DNA from: an uncultured Methanosarcinaceae archaeon | GTDB taxonomy: Archaea > Halobacteriota > Methanosarcinia > Methanosarcinales > Methanosarcinaceae | DNA: 45,708 nucleotides | Reading direction: 5' to 3' | Assembly (NCBI GenBank): GCA_963721455.1 | Contig: CAVRJG010000013.1 | Coordinates: 1 to 45,708, forward strand | Shown here: in pieces, positions 9,291-20,812 of the stretch | Numbering within the stretch: position 1 is the first letter of the stretch | How the letters are laid out: every line of letters begins with the position of its first letter | Program-made: the position numbers and the translations under genes | Notes under the pieces: generated by a model | Told to the model about the DNA's origin: nothing | The model's input: the letters and a program-made list of their open reading frames with translations, nothing else | Databases searched by the model: none

Positions 9291-11548
9291 TTAGCATCTC
9301 TTCAGGAGAAATACTGATATCATTACTTGCAAGAATGAAAAGTCCCATTTTCTCCATTTCTTTCAAAACAAAAGCGTTATTAACCTTTATGCTGCCATCA
9401 ATCCTGTAATAAGTATTTAATTTCTCATCTTTTGAAGTTCTGCCTCTTTTACCTTCTCCACGTTTCTTAATGGCTTTCAAATCTACTTTTTCAAACACAA
9501 TAGACGGGAATTCTTGAATCCATTTCTCCGCAGCTTTTAATGCATCCTCTTCGCAGAAAAAGTCCTCTCCTTTCAGCTTTTTAAAAGCCTTTTCTGCTTT
9601 TTCAATCTCTTTTTCAATCTTTTTTCCGAGAGTTCCCTCTTTCCTATCTTTCATCTTGTGAGAAAGCAACAAAACCCACTTTTGTTTGACTCCACCATAT
9701 TCCATAAAAGTTTGATAAAATGAGTATCTCTCATCGCTTTTCAGCATTTTCAGGTTCAAATTCGCAGTTAGCAACTCCTTTGCCTCATTAATTGTTGCAG
9801 GAACGCGACTGATCCAGAATGCCTTTCCCATGTTCTTGAGATTATTATCTGTGTAAAAGGAACTGTCAGCGACATAGTACACTTTGCTTTCAGGTCTTAA
9901 AACCGATTTGAGAGACTTGATTGCTTCCAGAATTGTTTTTTTGTCTGAAGCATTTCCTGAATGAGTATTCATAAAAAGAGGTATCCCATGCTGATTAACA
10001 ATCAAGCTTAGTACAAATTGTTTGAGATCCCATCTTCCGTTTTTGGGAACTCCAAAAGTAATATCAATAGACTCAGTTTCTTCGTCATCATAATCCCCAT
10101 AAACGCTGACACTTGTAGTGTCAGCGTGTAAACAATGGACAGGAATAGGTAGACGATTCATAATGTGAAGAGTAATTTCCGTAAACAGTTTTGTAGGGCC
10201 GTATTTTACGATTCTATCAAGAGTCTCTCCGATAGCATATTGATTCAGGTCTTCTCTTGTTACACTGTCTCCAAAGAGCCTTTCCGTAGAAACGTTTTTG
10301 AAAAAATCAGGAAACAGGTACAAACGTTGCCCTATGAAACCAAGACCATTGATTACCATGGCAAGGATGCAGACTGAGTGAGGGACATTATGATCCCTTT
10401 CCTTTGGGAGTTTCTCGTCGATCAGTTTGTCAACTTCAAGTTCTCTGAAAGCTCCAGCGATAAGGCCAAGGTGACCTAAGAACCTTGTGCGTTTTAAGGA
10501 GGATTCAATTCTTCTACTGCTGTTTTTCTCTGCCATGGGAAGACCAGGAAAGAGATATAAAATTAATTATATTAATCTATATGTTTACCTGCCGAAAGTA
10601 GGCCTTATGATATACCCAGCCTTGTGCAGGATAGTATCCCCAATTTGAGGATCTTTATCCATACTTCCGGTACATGGATAGGAGTGATGTGCGCCTGAGA
10701 TGGTTTCTTTATATCCGGGGATATCTGACCAACCGAGCTTTTTTGCCACAAACCATGTAGAACCGCAGGGAGCATCCCTGATTACCCCTGCTCCTGTGAA
10801 CATCTTACCGTCAGGGCTTGTTTCGGTCCTGAGCACAGGCTTTCCGAAACCGAGATCAACAAACGAATCTATAACAGGTTTTCCTGTTTTTTCAAGGGAA
10901 CAGAAGGGTCTTGGTCCCTCAAACTCAACTCCTATGGCTTCAAGTTCTTTCCTGAGCTGTTCCAGAACTCCGGCAGGGGTTTTCTTCGAGTCTTCTGCAG
11001 GGGCAATTACGGCTTTTGCCTTCGTTTTCTTCACGACATCCGGAAGGGCTGCAAGCAGGTCTGGATGGATCCCAATAGCAAGTATCAGGTCACATTCCGG
11101 AAGCCCTGGGGGAATATACTGCCCTGGCTCTTCTATAAATGCAGGCAGGTCTCCGGGAAATTCATGAATTCCCACAATTAGGTTTGCGTATGACTTTCTT
11201 GCCTGCCTGCAGTGATTACAGAGATCTCCGCAGGACACGCAGAAATTGCTCGAGTTAATCAGGTTCTGGATCACTTTTTTCCCAAGTTCGCCCGTATAGA
11301 GTACAAGAATCCGCATATATTTACTCCTTTTAGAGTGATTTTTAGAGGGAATTTTAAAATTATTTTGTAAGTTTTCTTTTTTTTAAATAAAAATTCTGAG
11401 TCTCTTCGAAATTACAACAAAAAAATCTCAAAGAACGGAAACTGTTTTTCGTTGAACTTAATTACAAGGTTATAAAACTTTTATTGACTCGAAAGAACAA
11501 GGAAAACAGTTTGATTGACTACTTTGGCAATAGGGTTTGGATGCAGGA

Positions 11549-11917
11549 TTATCCATGGATTAACTTTGGAAGGCAACGGGTACATACCCAAAGACTTTCC
11601 ATTTTCTGTCTAAGAGGCAGGAGGTAATTAGTGTTTTCTCCGGCTCCGCAGGAGAAGCACTGGGTGGAGATATCTTTTTTCTTAGGCTTAGCTTCTGCTT
11701 TTTCTCGATTAAATTCGATAGTATGTCTTTCTTCAACTGAGATTGCACCTTCGGGACAGTGGCCTATGCAGAAACCCATACCGTCACAGAGCTCTTCTGA
11801 TAAAACCTTCGCTTTTCCGTTAATGATCTGAATTGCACCCTCGGCGCAGGATGCGATACATTTCCCACAGCCCGTGCATTTTTCTTCGTCAATTTTGACT
11901 ATTAATCGTTTTACCAT
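11549..11917 (-). CDS. 2x[4Fe-4S] ferredoxin-domain protein with C-terminal CxxC...CxxC
   Basis: CTGCGKCIASC, CDGMGFCIGHCP, CFSC and CTRC motifs. Confidence 0.9.
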   Translation of the reverse strand: MVKRLIVKIDEEKCTGCGKCIASCAEGAIQIINGKAKVLSEELCDGMGFCIGHCPEGAISVEERHTIEFNREKAEAKPKKKDISTQCFSCGAGENTNYLLPLRQKMESLWVCTRCLPKLIHG

Positions 11918-11994
11918 AAAAACCAATCCCATTATTGTTTTTTACCCGGGCTGAATAATCAATATTCTTTTTATTCTGCAAAAAGGGTTAATTA

Positions 11995-12154
11995 CAGACT
12001 GTCTCAAAACTACATTTGACTCTACAATTGGGATAAAATATGCTACTATAAGGTTAATTTGTACCTGAATCTCGGAATAATTTCCTATCTGAATTTAAAG
12101 TCAACAATGCCCATTATCCAATTGTAGAAATGGGTCGAGTTTTGAGACAGCCTG
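11995..12154. mobile_element. 160-bp MITE with CAG(G/A)CTGTCTCAAAAC ends
   Basis: 17-bp IR; 5-bp TSD AATTA; second copy at 38458-38616; degenerate half copy at about 12576-12680. Confidence 0.88.
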
Positions 12155-12418
12155 AATTAAATTTCTTTTGTCATCGGTTAACGAATTTTATGCACAACTT
12201 CTAATACTACATATAGCGATTTTCCGACATAATTTGTAGATATTCGCATAAAAAATAACACTCTGTATGCGTTTCGTATCTTAACCGAATACAAATGAAT
12301 TAAATTTATCCAGACAATTTTTAGACTATAATGTACGAATATAAGTTCTTTTGATACCAGTATATTAGAGATACCAATTTATATATCGAACAGTTTCTAA
12401 GTCTATACTATTAATTAC

Positions 12419-12568
12419 GGTTCTGGTGCAAAAATAATATTTCCACAATTTGATACTATAATTTTTACCTTTGTATATCATTTTTCCCTTGATACTATTG
12501 ATTAATTTTCCTAATTGTGAAGTTTTTCACTGATTTTTCAACAAAGCCAGATTTTTTGCACCAGAACC
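12419..12568. mobile_element. IS6-type MITE, GGTTCTGGTGC subfamily
   Basis: Terminal IRs and close similarity to 4372-4522. Confidence 0.85.
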
Positions 12569-12686
12569 ACCATTCTTAAGGTAATGTGTACCTCAATTTC
12601 GGAAAATTCACTATACAAATTTAAAGTTAACGTTGCTCATTATCCAATTGTACACTCAAATTTAATTTTCAGACAAGCTCTCAGGC

Positions 12687-12968
12687 TTAATCTATTATCT
12701 GGTTGATTTTGTTGTAAAAATCAACTATCGTATTTGTTGCTTCACTTTCCATGTTTAGCTGGAAAGTTCTAATATTTTTTCCGAGTGGTTTTTCTATGAC
12801 AATACCTGACGCGATCAGAGGGGTGATAACCCTTGATACGCTCGAGTGGGACAATCCAGTTTCCTCAGCTATTCCTGAAAGGTAGGTTGGTTCGTTCTGT
12901 TTTTCGATCAGGTTCTTAAGGACTGTCATCTGTGCGGTTTTTCCGAATATTTTATCCATTGGATCCAT
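12687..12968 (-). CDS. Small winged helix-turn-helix transcriptional regulator
   Basis: TYLSGIAEETGLSHSSVSRVITPL HTH followed by a beta-wing. Confidence 0.8.
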   Translation of the reverse strand: MDPMDKIFGKTAQMTVLKNLIEKQNEPTYLSGIAEETGLSHSSVSRVITPLIASGIVIEKPLGKNIRTFQLNMESEATNTIVDFYNKINQIID

Positions 12969-12970
12969 TT

Positions 12971-14679
12971 GTATCATTTAATAGGCGGAATGCTCTATAA
13001 GTGATTTCAGCCCAATTGCTAGCATCTTTGGATATCAATCCTGATGAAATTGAGGATAAAAGGTATGCTACAGCTTTTCGCATTTTGTTTGCTATCATTG
13101 AAAAACAGAACGAGGAGATAGAATTTCTCAAGGCAGAGAACCAAAAGCTTCGAAATGAAATCAATTTACTCAAAGGTGAACAAACCAAACCTAAGATTCG
13201 TGGCTCTAAAAAGAATGAAGATATTTCTTCTGAGAAAGAGAGACGAAAAAGAGAGCATCCATAGGACAAAGAATCTAAATCAAAACTGGACAAAATAGAG
13301 GTTCATCGAATTGAAACATGTAAAGTTGATAGATCCGTTTTACCCAGTGACGCATATCCTAAAGGTTATAGGGACGTAATAATTCAGGATATATCCATAA
13401 AGCCTGTGAACACCAACTACAGGATAGAGATATTTTATTCTCCTTCTGAGCATAAAACATATTCAGGAGAATTACCACATGGTATCAAAGGTGAATTTGG
13501 TCCTGGAATCAAATCTCTGATAATCACACTTAACCATGTTGCTAATGTTTCAGAGCCCAAAATACATGAATTTCTGGAAAATATTGGTGTTTATATATCC
13601 AAAGCCACAATTTCTCGAATTTTGACAAAAGATACTGATATCTTCCATCAGGAGAAAGCTGAGATTTTTCTGGAAGGTCTTAAGGCTTCGCCTTATCAGC
13701 AGATTGATGATACAGGTGCAAGAGTCAATGGTAAAAATCACTATACTCAAATTCTTTGTAATCCTTATTGTGCTGCTTATTTTACAGTTCCCAACAAGAG
13801 TCGAGAAAATATTTTAGATGTACTTCTATGTGGAAAAGAAAAAACGTACTGCTTTAATGATGAAGCATTTGATCTGATGAAAACGTTTAATGTTTCCCAA
13901 ATCTGGATGGAAAAGCTCTCTTCTTTTAAAAACAAAATATTCAGTGATGAAGAAATGCGTCGAAAACTGGATTGTGTTTTTTCACTCAAAGGGTATAAAA
14001 CTACTAAGAAGAAAGTTCTTGAAGCCGGTGCAATTGCGGCATATCATCAAAGTACAGACATACCTGTGGTTACCATACTTCTAAGTGATGATGCACCTCA
14101 ATTCAGGCAAGTTGCATCACATCATGCTCTTTGTTGGATTCATGATGGGAGAAACTACAAGAAATTGAGGCCAATAGTACCATATTATAAGGAAAAGCTG
14201 AAAGCTTTTCTGGATAGGTACTGGGACTTTTATGGGGAACTCGTTAAGTTTCGAGAAAAACCAGATTCAGAGGTAGCGAAGCAATTATCCATTAAGTTTG
14301 ATCAGTTGTTTTCGATTATAACAGGATACGAACAGTTGGATGAAAGAATCAGTAAGACGAAAGAGAAAAAGGAACATCTATTAAAGGTACTGGTTTTGCC
14401 AGAGGTTCCGCTGCGTAACAATGCAGCGGAACTAGCGGCGAGAGCAAAGGTCAGAAAAAGAGATGTGAGCCTTCAAACCATAACAGATGAAGGGACAAAG
14501 GCAAACGACACATTTATGACGATTGTTCAGACTGCAAAGAAACTGAGTATAAGTGCGTATCAGTACATATGTGATAGAGTGAGCAATACATTTGAGATGC
14601 CATCTCTGGCTCAACTCATTAGAGAAAAAAGCTCATGGAGTTGAAAGTCAAAGCTTTCCACTCAATTTGAAGAGGATAC
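12971..14679 (+). mobile_element. IS66 family element (single-ORF, ISBst12-like)
   Basis: GTATC...GATAC termini; the right end matches 24012; left IR weak and no TSD seen. Confidence 0.65.
13001..14644 (+). CDS. IS66-family transposase with an in-frame TAG at 13262-13264 (nonsense or amber readthrough)
   Basis: Coiled-coil N-terminus; QIDDTGARVNG, LLSDDA, HALCWIHDGR and NNAAE motifs; ORFs 13001 and 13406 share a frame with only one TAG between them. Confidence 0.8.
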
Positions 14680-14812
14680 GTACAAAATGTGTATTTTGCA
14701 TATCCCGCCAAAAAGGGTCATTAGCGGTTTGTAGACTAAGATGATTTTTCTATGACGTGTTAGGCTAATTCTAGCTAGATCTGCAACTGAGCCAATTAGG
14801 TTGTGGTGCAAA

Positions 14813-14924
14813 GGTTCCGTTGCAAAAAATTCTTTTTAAGGATACGATAGAATAAAAAGAAAACCAAAGATAGTAATATGCTATCTAATTCCTTTAAATG
14901 GAAGCATTATGAAAGAGAAATTAT
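14813..14924 (+). mobile_element. IS6 family left-end remnant with the transposase start
   Basis: GGTTCCGTTGCAAAAA end; ATG at 14878 reads MLSNSFKWKHYEREI, an IS6-like N-terminus; cut by a MITE. Confidence 0.7.
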
Positions 14925-15073
14925 GGTTCTGTTGCAAAAAATCTGGCTATTTTACAAAACCAGTGAAAAACATCACAAATAGGGTATTTATATGCCATAA
15001 ATAGGTCAATAATGATACAAAAAGCAATAGTTATAGCCTAAAAAGGCATTAAAATTATTTTTGTAACAGAATC
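14925..15073. mobile_element. IS6-type MITE (inverted relative to 5532-5680)
   Basis: GGTTCTGTTGCAAAAAA...TTTTGTAACAGAATC. Confidence 0.85.
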
Positions 15074-15160
15074 CTTATTTTTATCTAACTGTCAAAGTCA
15101 GGTTATATATAAGTATTATTATATATAAAATGAATAAATAACAATATAACAATTAGAATA

Positions 15161-15229
15161 TTATACTCTTATTGCTTATTGAATTATACTCTTATTGCTT
15201 ATTGAATTATGCTCTTATTGCTTATTGAA
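15161..15229. repeat. 3 x 23-bp tandem repeat upstream of the kinase
   Basis: TTAT(A/G)CTCTTATTGCTTATTGAA at 15161, 15184 and 15207. Confidence 0.9.
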
Positions 15230-15272
15230 TGTAGGTATATTGCCGTCAAAGAAAAGGAGTCTGAAGGGGAAA

Positions 15273-18200
15273 ATGAAAAAAAAAATGGAGCAATTCCCAG
15301 CAAAGAACCCCAATCCTGTACTCGGTGTGGCAAATGATGGGACGGTTCTTTACTCAAATGTAGCAGGTGAGCCGTTATTACATGAGTGGGGCGTGGAAGT
15401 TGGAGAAAAACTGCCTTCAAACATTGGAGATCTTGTGCGTAGGGTAATTTCTCAGAATAGTCCGGAAAAAATGGAAGTTATTGTGGGAAAAAGAGTATAC
15501 TTAGTCGCGTTTCACCCCTTACCCGAAGAAGAATGCGTAAACATTTATGGATTCGATATAAGTGACCAGAAAAAGTTTGAAAGAGAACTTATGGAGAGCG
15601 AAATAGGGTTATCTGAAGCTCAAAGAATGGCTCACATTGGAAATTGGGATTGGAACATAGTAGAGAATAAAGTATACTGGTCTGATGAAATGTTTCGTAT
15701 TTTCGGACGTTCCCCTCAAGAATGCATAACTTACGATAAATTTTTAACTTACGTTCATCCAGACGACAGAAATTATGTGTGTAACTCAACTAAGGATGCT
15801 CTTAACGGAAAAATCCGTGCGACTGAGTATAGAATAGTTCGACCTGATGGAGAAGAGCGCATAGTCCATTCAGAAAGAGAAGTCATTTTTGATGAGAGAA
15901 ATAATCCTGTTCGAATGAGAGGGACGGTTCAGGACGTCACTAAGTATATAAAAGCAAAAGAAAAACTTCGAGAAAGTGAAGAAAAGTACCGCAACATCGT
16001 AGAGATTGCCAACGAAGGTATATGGGTACTTGATGCTGAAACCAGGACTACTTATGTTAATGAAAAAATGGCTGAGATGTTAGGCTACAGTCAGGAAGAA
16101 ATGATTGGCAGATTGGGTTTGGACTTCGTCAATGAAAAAAATGAGGCTCACACCAAACTGATAATGGAAAACAGGCGGCACGGTATTGATGAGGTCCACG
16201 AGAATGAATTAGTACGTAAGGATGGCTCATCCGTATGGGTGCTTGTAAGTTCTAAATCCCTTTTTAATACGGATGGCAAGTTTACAGGTTTTCTGGCAAT
16301 GCTCACTGACATTACCGAACGCAAGCAGACACAGCTTGTTATGAAAGCCGATCTAGAAGCTTTGACCCGAATGCATGTACTGAGCGGGAAACTTCTGGGA
16401 GCAGAGGGCGTCCAACCGCTGCTGCAGGAAATTATGGACACGGCGGTTGCGATTATGGATGCTAAAATGGGTGTCTTGCAGCTTCTTGAAGATGATTCAC
16501 TCTGGATTGTCGCCCATTACGGTCATCAGCAGCCCTTCCTGGAGTTTTTTTCATCTGCTGAGAATCGGGCTTCAGTGTGCGGGGAGGCGATGCAACTCGG
16601 GGGGCGTGTGGTCGTTGAGGACGTTGAGACGAGTTCCCTGTTTGTCGGGACGCCTTCTCTGGATGTGATGCGTAATGCAGGTGTGCGGGCGGTGCAGTCC
16701 ACGCCGATGCTAAACCGAGCGGGCAAGCTGCTGGGTATCCTTACGATCCAATGGGACGTTCCGTATTCCCCCAACGAGCATGACCTCTGGCGGATTGACC
16801 TGTTAGCGCGGCAGGCAGCCGACATGATAGAGCAAGCCAGGACGAAGAAGATGCTGCGGGAGAGTGAGGAACGCTTTCGCGCTCTGGTAACGTCCAGTTC
16901 GGATGTGTTATATCGTATGAACCCGGATTGGAGCGAGATGTGCCAGCTACATAGCCGGGGTTTTCTTGCAAATACGGAAAACCCAAGGCGCACCTGGCTT
17001 CAGGAATACATTCCTCCGGAAGATCAAACGCACGTGACCTCTATCATCAATGAAGCCATCCGGAAGAAGAGCATTTTCGAACTGGAACATCGGGTCCGGC
17101 GAGCGGACGGCAGCTTGGGATGGACGTTCTCGCGTGCGGTCCCGCTGCTGGATACAAATGGCGAAATCGTTGAATGGTTTGGTGCCGCTAGCGACATCAC
17201 TGAGCGCAAGCGAATGGAGGAGACATTACTTGCGAAGGACGCTGAGCTGCAGCTCATCGCCGACGCTACGCCCATCTTGCTGACACGACTGAGTCGCGAC
17301 CTACACTACATCTTCGTGAACCGTGCCTGCGCCGAGATGTTCGGCCGTACCCGAGAGGAGATCGTCGGCAAGCCCATCGTCGAGATCATGGGCAAGGAAG
17401 CGTTCGAGACGATTCGTCCCTACGTAGAGAAGGTCTTGCAGGGACAGCGGGTTGAATACGAGACCGAAATCCCCTACCAGGGAGTCAGCACTCGGTTCAT
17501 GCACGCGGTGTACATTCCTGAAAGAAATGGGCAGGGTGAGGTCGTAGGCTGGCTCGCCTCCATCTCCGATATCACCGAGCGCAAGCAGGCAGAAGAGGCA
17601 TTGCATAAAGCAAATGAGAAACTCCAAGCACAATCCGAAGAGCTACAGGCGTTTAATGATAAGTTACAGGCTCGTTCCGAGGAACTCCATGAAGCAAATG
17701 AGGCACTGCTTGAGAGTGAGGAGCGCTTCCGTACGATGGCCAACGCGATCCCGCAGTTGGCTTGGATGGCCCGGCCTGATGGTTACATCTACTGGTACAA
17801 CGAGCGCTGGTATGCTTACACCGGCACTACGCCGGAGCAGATGGAAGGCTGGGGCTGGCAGAGCGTGCACGATCCGGCGGTGCTGCCAAAAGTGCTGGAG
17901 CAGTGGAGGGCTTCGATTGCCACGGGGCAGATGTTTGAGATGGAGTTCCCCCTGCGTGGTGCTGATGGTCTTTTCCGCACATTTCTAACGCGCGTTTTGC
18001 CCATTAAAGATGCCAGCGGGCAGGTAATCCAATGGTTTGGGACAAACACTGACATTACAGAGCGCAAGCGGAGGGAGGATATCCGCGAGGCAATTAACTC
18101 CATCAATCAGATCATCCATTCGACCCTTGACTTCGACGAGATAATGCAGAAGACTGTTTCAGAAGCAGCCAAGGTAATTGGGAGCGATACGGCTGCCATC

Positions 18201-20613
18201 TCTATTAGAAAGGACGGACGTTGGATAGCCAGCTATGTGCATGGTTTTCCAGAGGACATTATCGGAAAGGAGATGAACGACGAAGAAGAGAAGCATGCTG
18301 TTCTTGCCATCAAAACGAAGAAAGCCTGTTGCTATCAATGATGCCTTCAATGATGAACGAGTGAACCGCAATCACATGATGAAATGGGGCGTTCGTTCCG
18401 TACTTGTAGTTCCTCTTATTACCAAGGATGAAGTTATCGGGGTAATCTTTTTCAACTGTCATAAGTCTATTTTTGCATTTGATGATATCCACGTTGATTT
18501 TGCAACCCGGCTTGCATCATCGATATCGCTGGCTCTGGAAAACTCCCGCCTTTTCAAAAAGCTTAAAACAGAACTCACCGAACGCAAGAAGGCAGGGAGT
18601 GTACTGCGTAAGGCTGTACGAGAAGATCCAGAAGCAATCCGAGGAGTTGCAGGTATTCAACGAAGAGCTTCAGGTCCAATCCGAGGAACTCCATGAAGCA
18701 AATGAGGCACTCCAGGAGAGTGAAAAACGTTTCCGTACATTAGCTGAAAATTCCCCTGACGTAATTACACGCTTTGATAGACAAAATTGCCATATGTATG
18801 CTAATCCAGCAGCTTCGGAAGCTTATGGCTTTTCTCAAGAAGAAATTATTGGAAAAACTCATGGTGAACTGCGAAGGAATCCTGAACTAGTTAAGTTTTT
18901 GGAGACATACCAGGAAATTGTTTTTACTACGGGAAAACCCGAAGCAATGGAATTCCATTATAAATCGCCTCAAGGAAAAGAATACTATTTTAACACAAAA
19001 ATAGTACCGGAGTTTACTAATGGCAAAGTGGCCTCTATTCTTGCTATTTCCCGTGACATCACGGATATAAAAGAAGCAGAAGCTAAGTTGAAAGAAACAC
19101 TCGACAATTTAGAAGAACTAGTTAAAGAACGTACATTAGAGCTTGAAGAGGCATATAAATCATTGAAAGAAAGCGAAAAAGGTCTTGCTGAAGCTCAAAA
19201 AATGGCACACCTTGGAAATTGGGATTGGAATCTTGTAACTAATAAAATACACTGGTCTGATGAAATTTATAGGATTTTTGGACTTAATCCTCAAGAATTA
19301 CCCCCAAATTACAATGAATTTTTAAATTATATACACCCCAGATGATCGAGACTATTTGGATAATGCCATTAAAAAAGCCTTAAATGGAAAACCCTATAGC
19401 ATTGATCATAGGATTATCTTGGCTAATGGGGACGAACGCGTAGTCCATGTACAGGCGGAAGTTATCTTTGATGAGAAAAATAACCCTATTCGAATAAGAG
19501 GAACAGTTCAGGACATCACCGAGCGCGAGCAGATGGAAAAGGCGCTGCAGGAGAGCGAGACACGCCTGCGCAGGTTTTATGAATCGGGTATGATCGGCGT
19601 ACTTTACTTTAAAATGGACGGCTCGATCACCGAAGCCAACGACAAATTTCTGGAGATGGTCGGCTATACGCGCGAGGACTTGCAGGCTGGACGGATTAAA
19701 TGGGACAAGATGACCCCACCGGAGTACCGTCCCTTGGAAGAATACGCCATTGCAAAACTGAAAGCCACTGGCATGGCCACGCCATACGAGAAGGAGTATA
19801 TCCGCAAAGACGGTTCGCGCATACCTATTATCCTCGGGGCAGCTACCCTCGATAGGGCACACGATGACGGCGTAGCCTTTGTTCTCGACATTACCGAGCA
19901 AAAAAAAGCAGAAGAAACTCTAGCAAATATCGAAATTGCCCGTAAAAAGGAAATCCATCACAGAATCAAGAATAACCTTCAGGTAATTTCCTCCCTGCTG
20001 GATCTACAGGCTGAACAGTTCAGAAACAGAGATGATATTAAGGATTCGGAAGTTCTGCGAAGCCTTCAGGGAAAGCCAGGATAGAGTGATATCTATGGCT
20101 CTTATCCATGAGGAACTGTACAAAGGTGGAGGGTTTGAAACACTTAACTTTTCGCCTTACATTCAGGAACTAGCTGAGAATCTTTTCCGGACGTATCGTC
20201 TCGGAAATACCGATACCAGCTTAAACATGGATCTGGAAGAGGACCTTTTCTTTGATATGGATACTGCAGTCCCATTAGGAATGATTATTAATGAACTCGT
20301 TTCGAACTCCCTTAAACATGCATTTATAGGAAGGGATAAAGGAGAAATCCGAATCAAACTTTGCAGGGAAAAAACCGAGGAATGCATAAACAGCATAGAA
20401 GAAAGCAAAGACGAAGACTGTAAGAGTACCATTTTTAATCTGACCGTTTCAGATAATGGGGTAGGTATACCTGATGACCTTGATATTGAAGATCTCGATA
20501 GTCTTGGAATACAGCTGGTAACTTCCCTTGTAGACCAGTTAGATGGAGAACTTGAACTGAAAAGGAATAGTGGGACTGAATTCTCTATAAGGTTCACAGT
20601 AATAGAAAAATAA
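15273..20613 (+). CDS. Cytoplasmic multi-PAS/GAF sensor histidine kinase (HisKA_2 type), four frameshifts at about 18321, 18616, 19336 and 20058
   Basis: Repeated PAS/PAC modules ending DITERK, two GAF domains, H-box EIHHRIKNNLQ, N-box NELVSNSLKHAF, SDNGVG and SLGIQLV. Confidence 0.9.
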
Positions 20614-20812
20614 TCAGGAATCAGCACCAGCCTCACAACAATTAGTTGAATAAAATTGTTTGAACAAGAAGCAAAAAGAAGGTTAAACAAGGGATGAAGG
20701 GGTCCTCATTTCTGCACTATAAATGTAAATTGAGCTGAAAAAGTAATTCTGTTGCAAAAAGATCCTCCGCCCGCTTGTGATGACCGGCTTCCAGCCAGAA
20801 CAGGTCTCTTTT

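Larger units (their letters stand above)
7582..10536 (-). pseudogene. IS1634 transposase split by ISAzo13 (10536-9291 plus 7967-7582)
   Basis: HADTTSVSVYG, DLKQF, VADSSFY and YKGQDNVEKGFRFLK motifs; rejoins as ...PEEMLKYYKGQ... Confidence 0.92.
7558..10602 (-). mobile_element. IS1634 family element (about 1719 bp native) carrying a nested ISAzo13
   Basis: IRs CCTACATTCGGCAGGT and ACCTGCCGAAAGTAGG; 6-bp TSD CCTTAT (7552-7557, 10603-10608). Confidence 0.93.
7453..11316 (-). pseudogene. DUF166 family protein interrupted near its C-terminus by IS1634 (11316-10603 plus 7557-7453)
   Basis: RPFCSL, APCGSTWFVA and HHSYPCTGSM motifs; across the TSD CCTTAT the frame continues ...YIIR-ESVEDGMESEKREKTRQSAAEGIKSQPLASEN*. 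Confidence 0.8.

Noticed and set aside
15195-15272. TTG-started extension of the kinase (and likewise 31658 for the GMC gene)
   Set aside because: The starts fall inside tandem repeats; better RBS-linked starts lie downstream.
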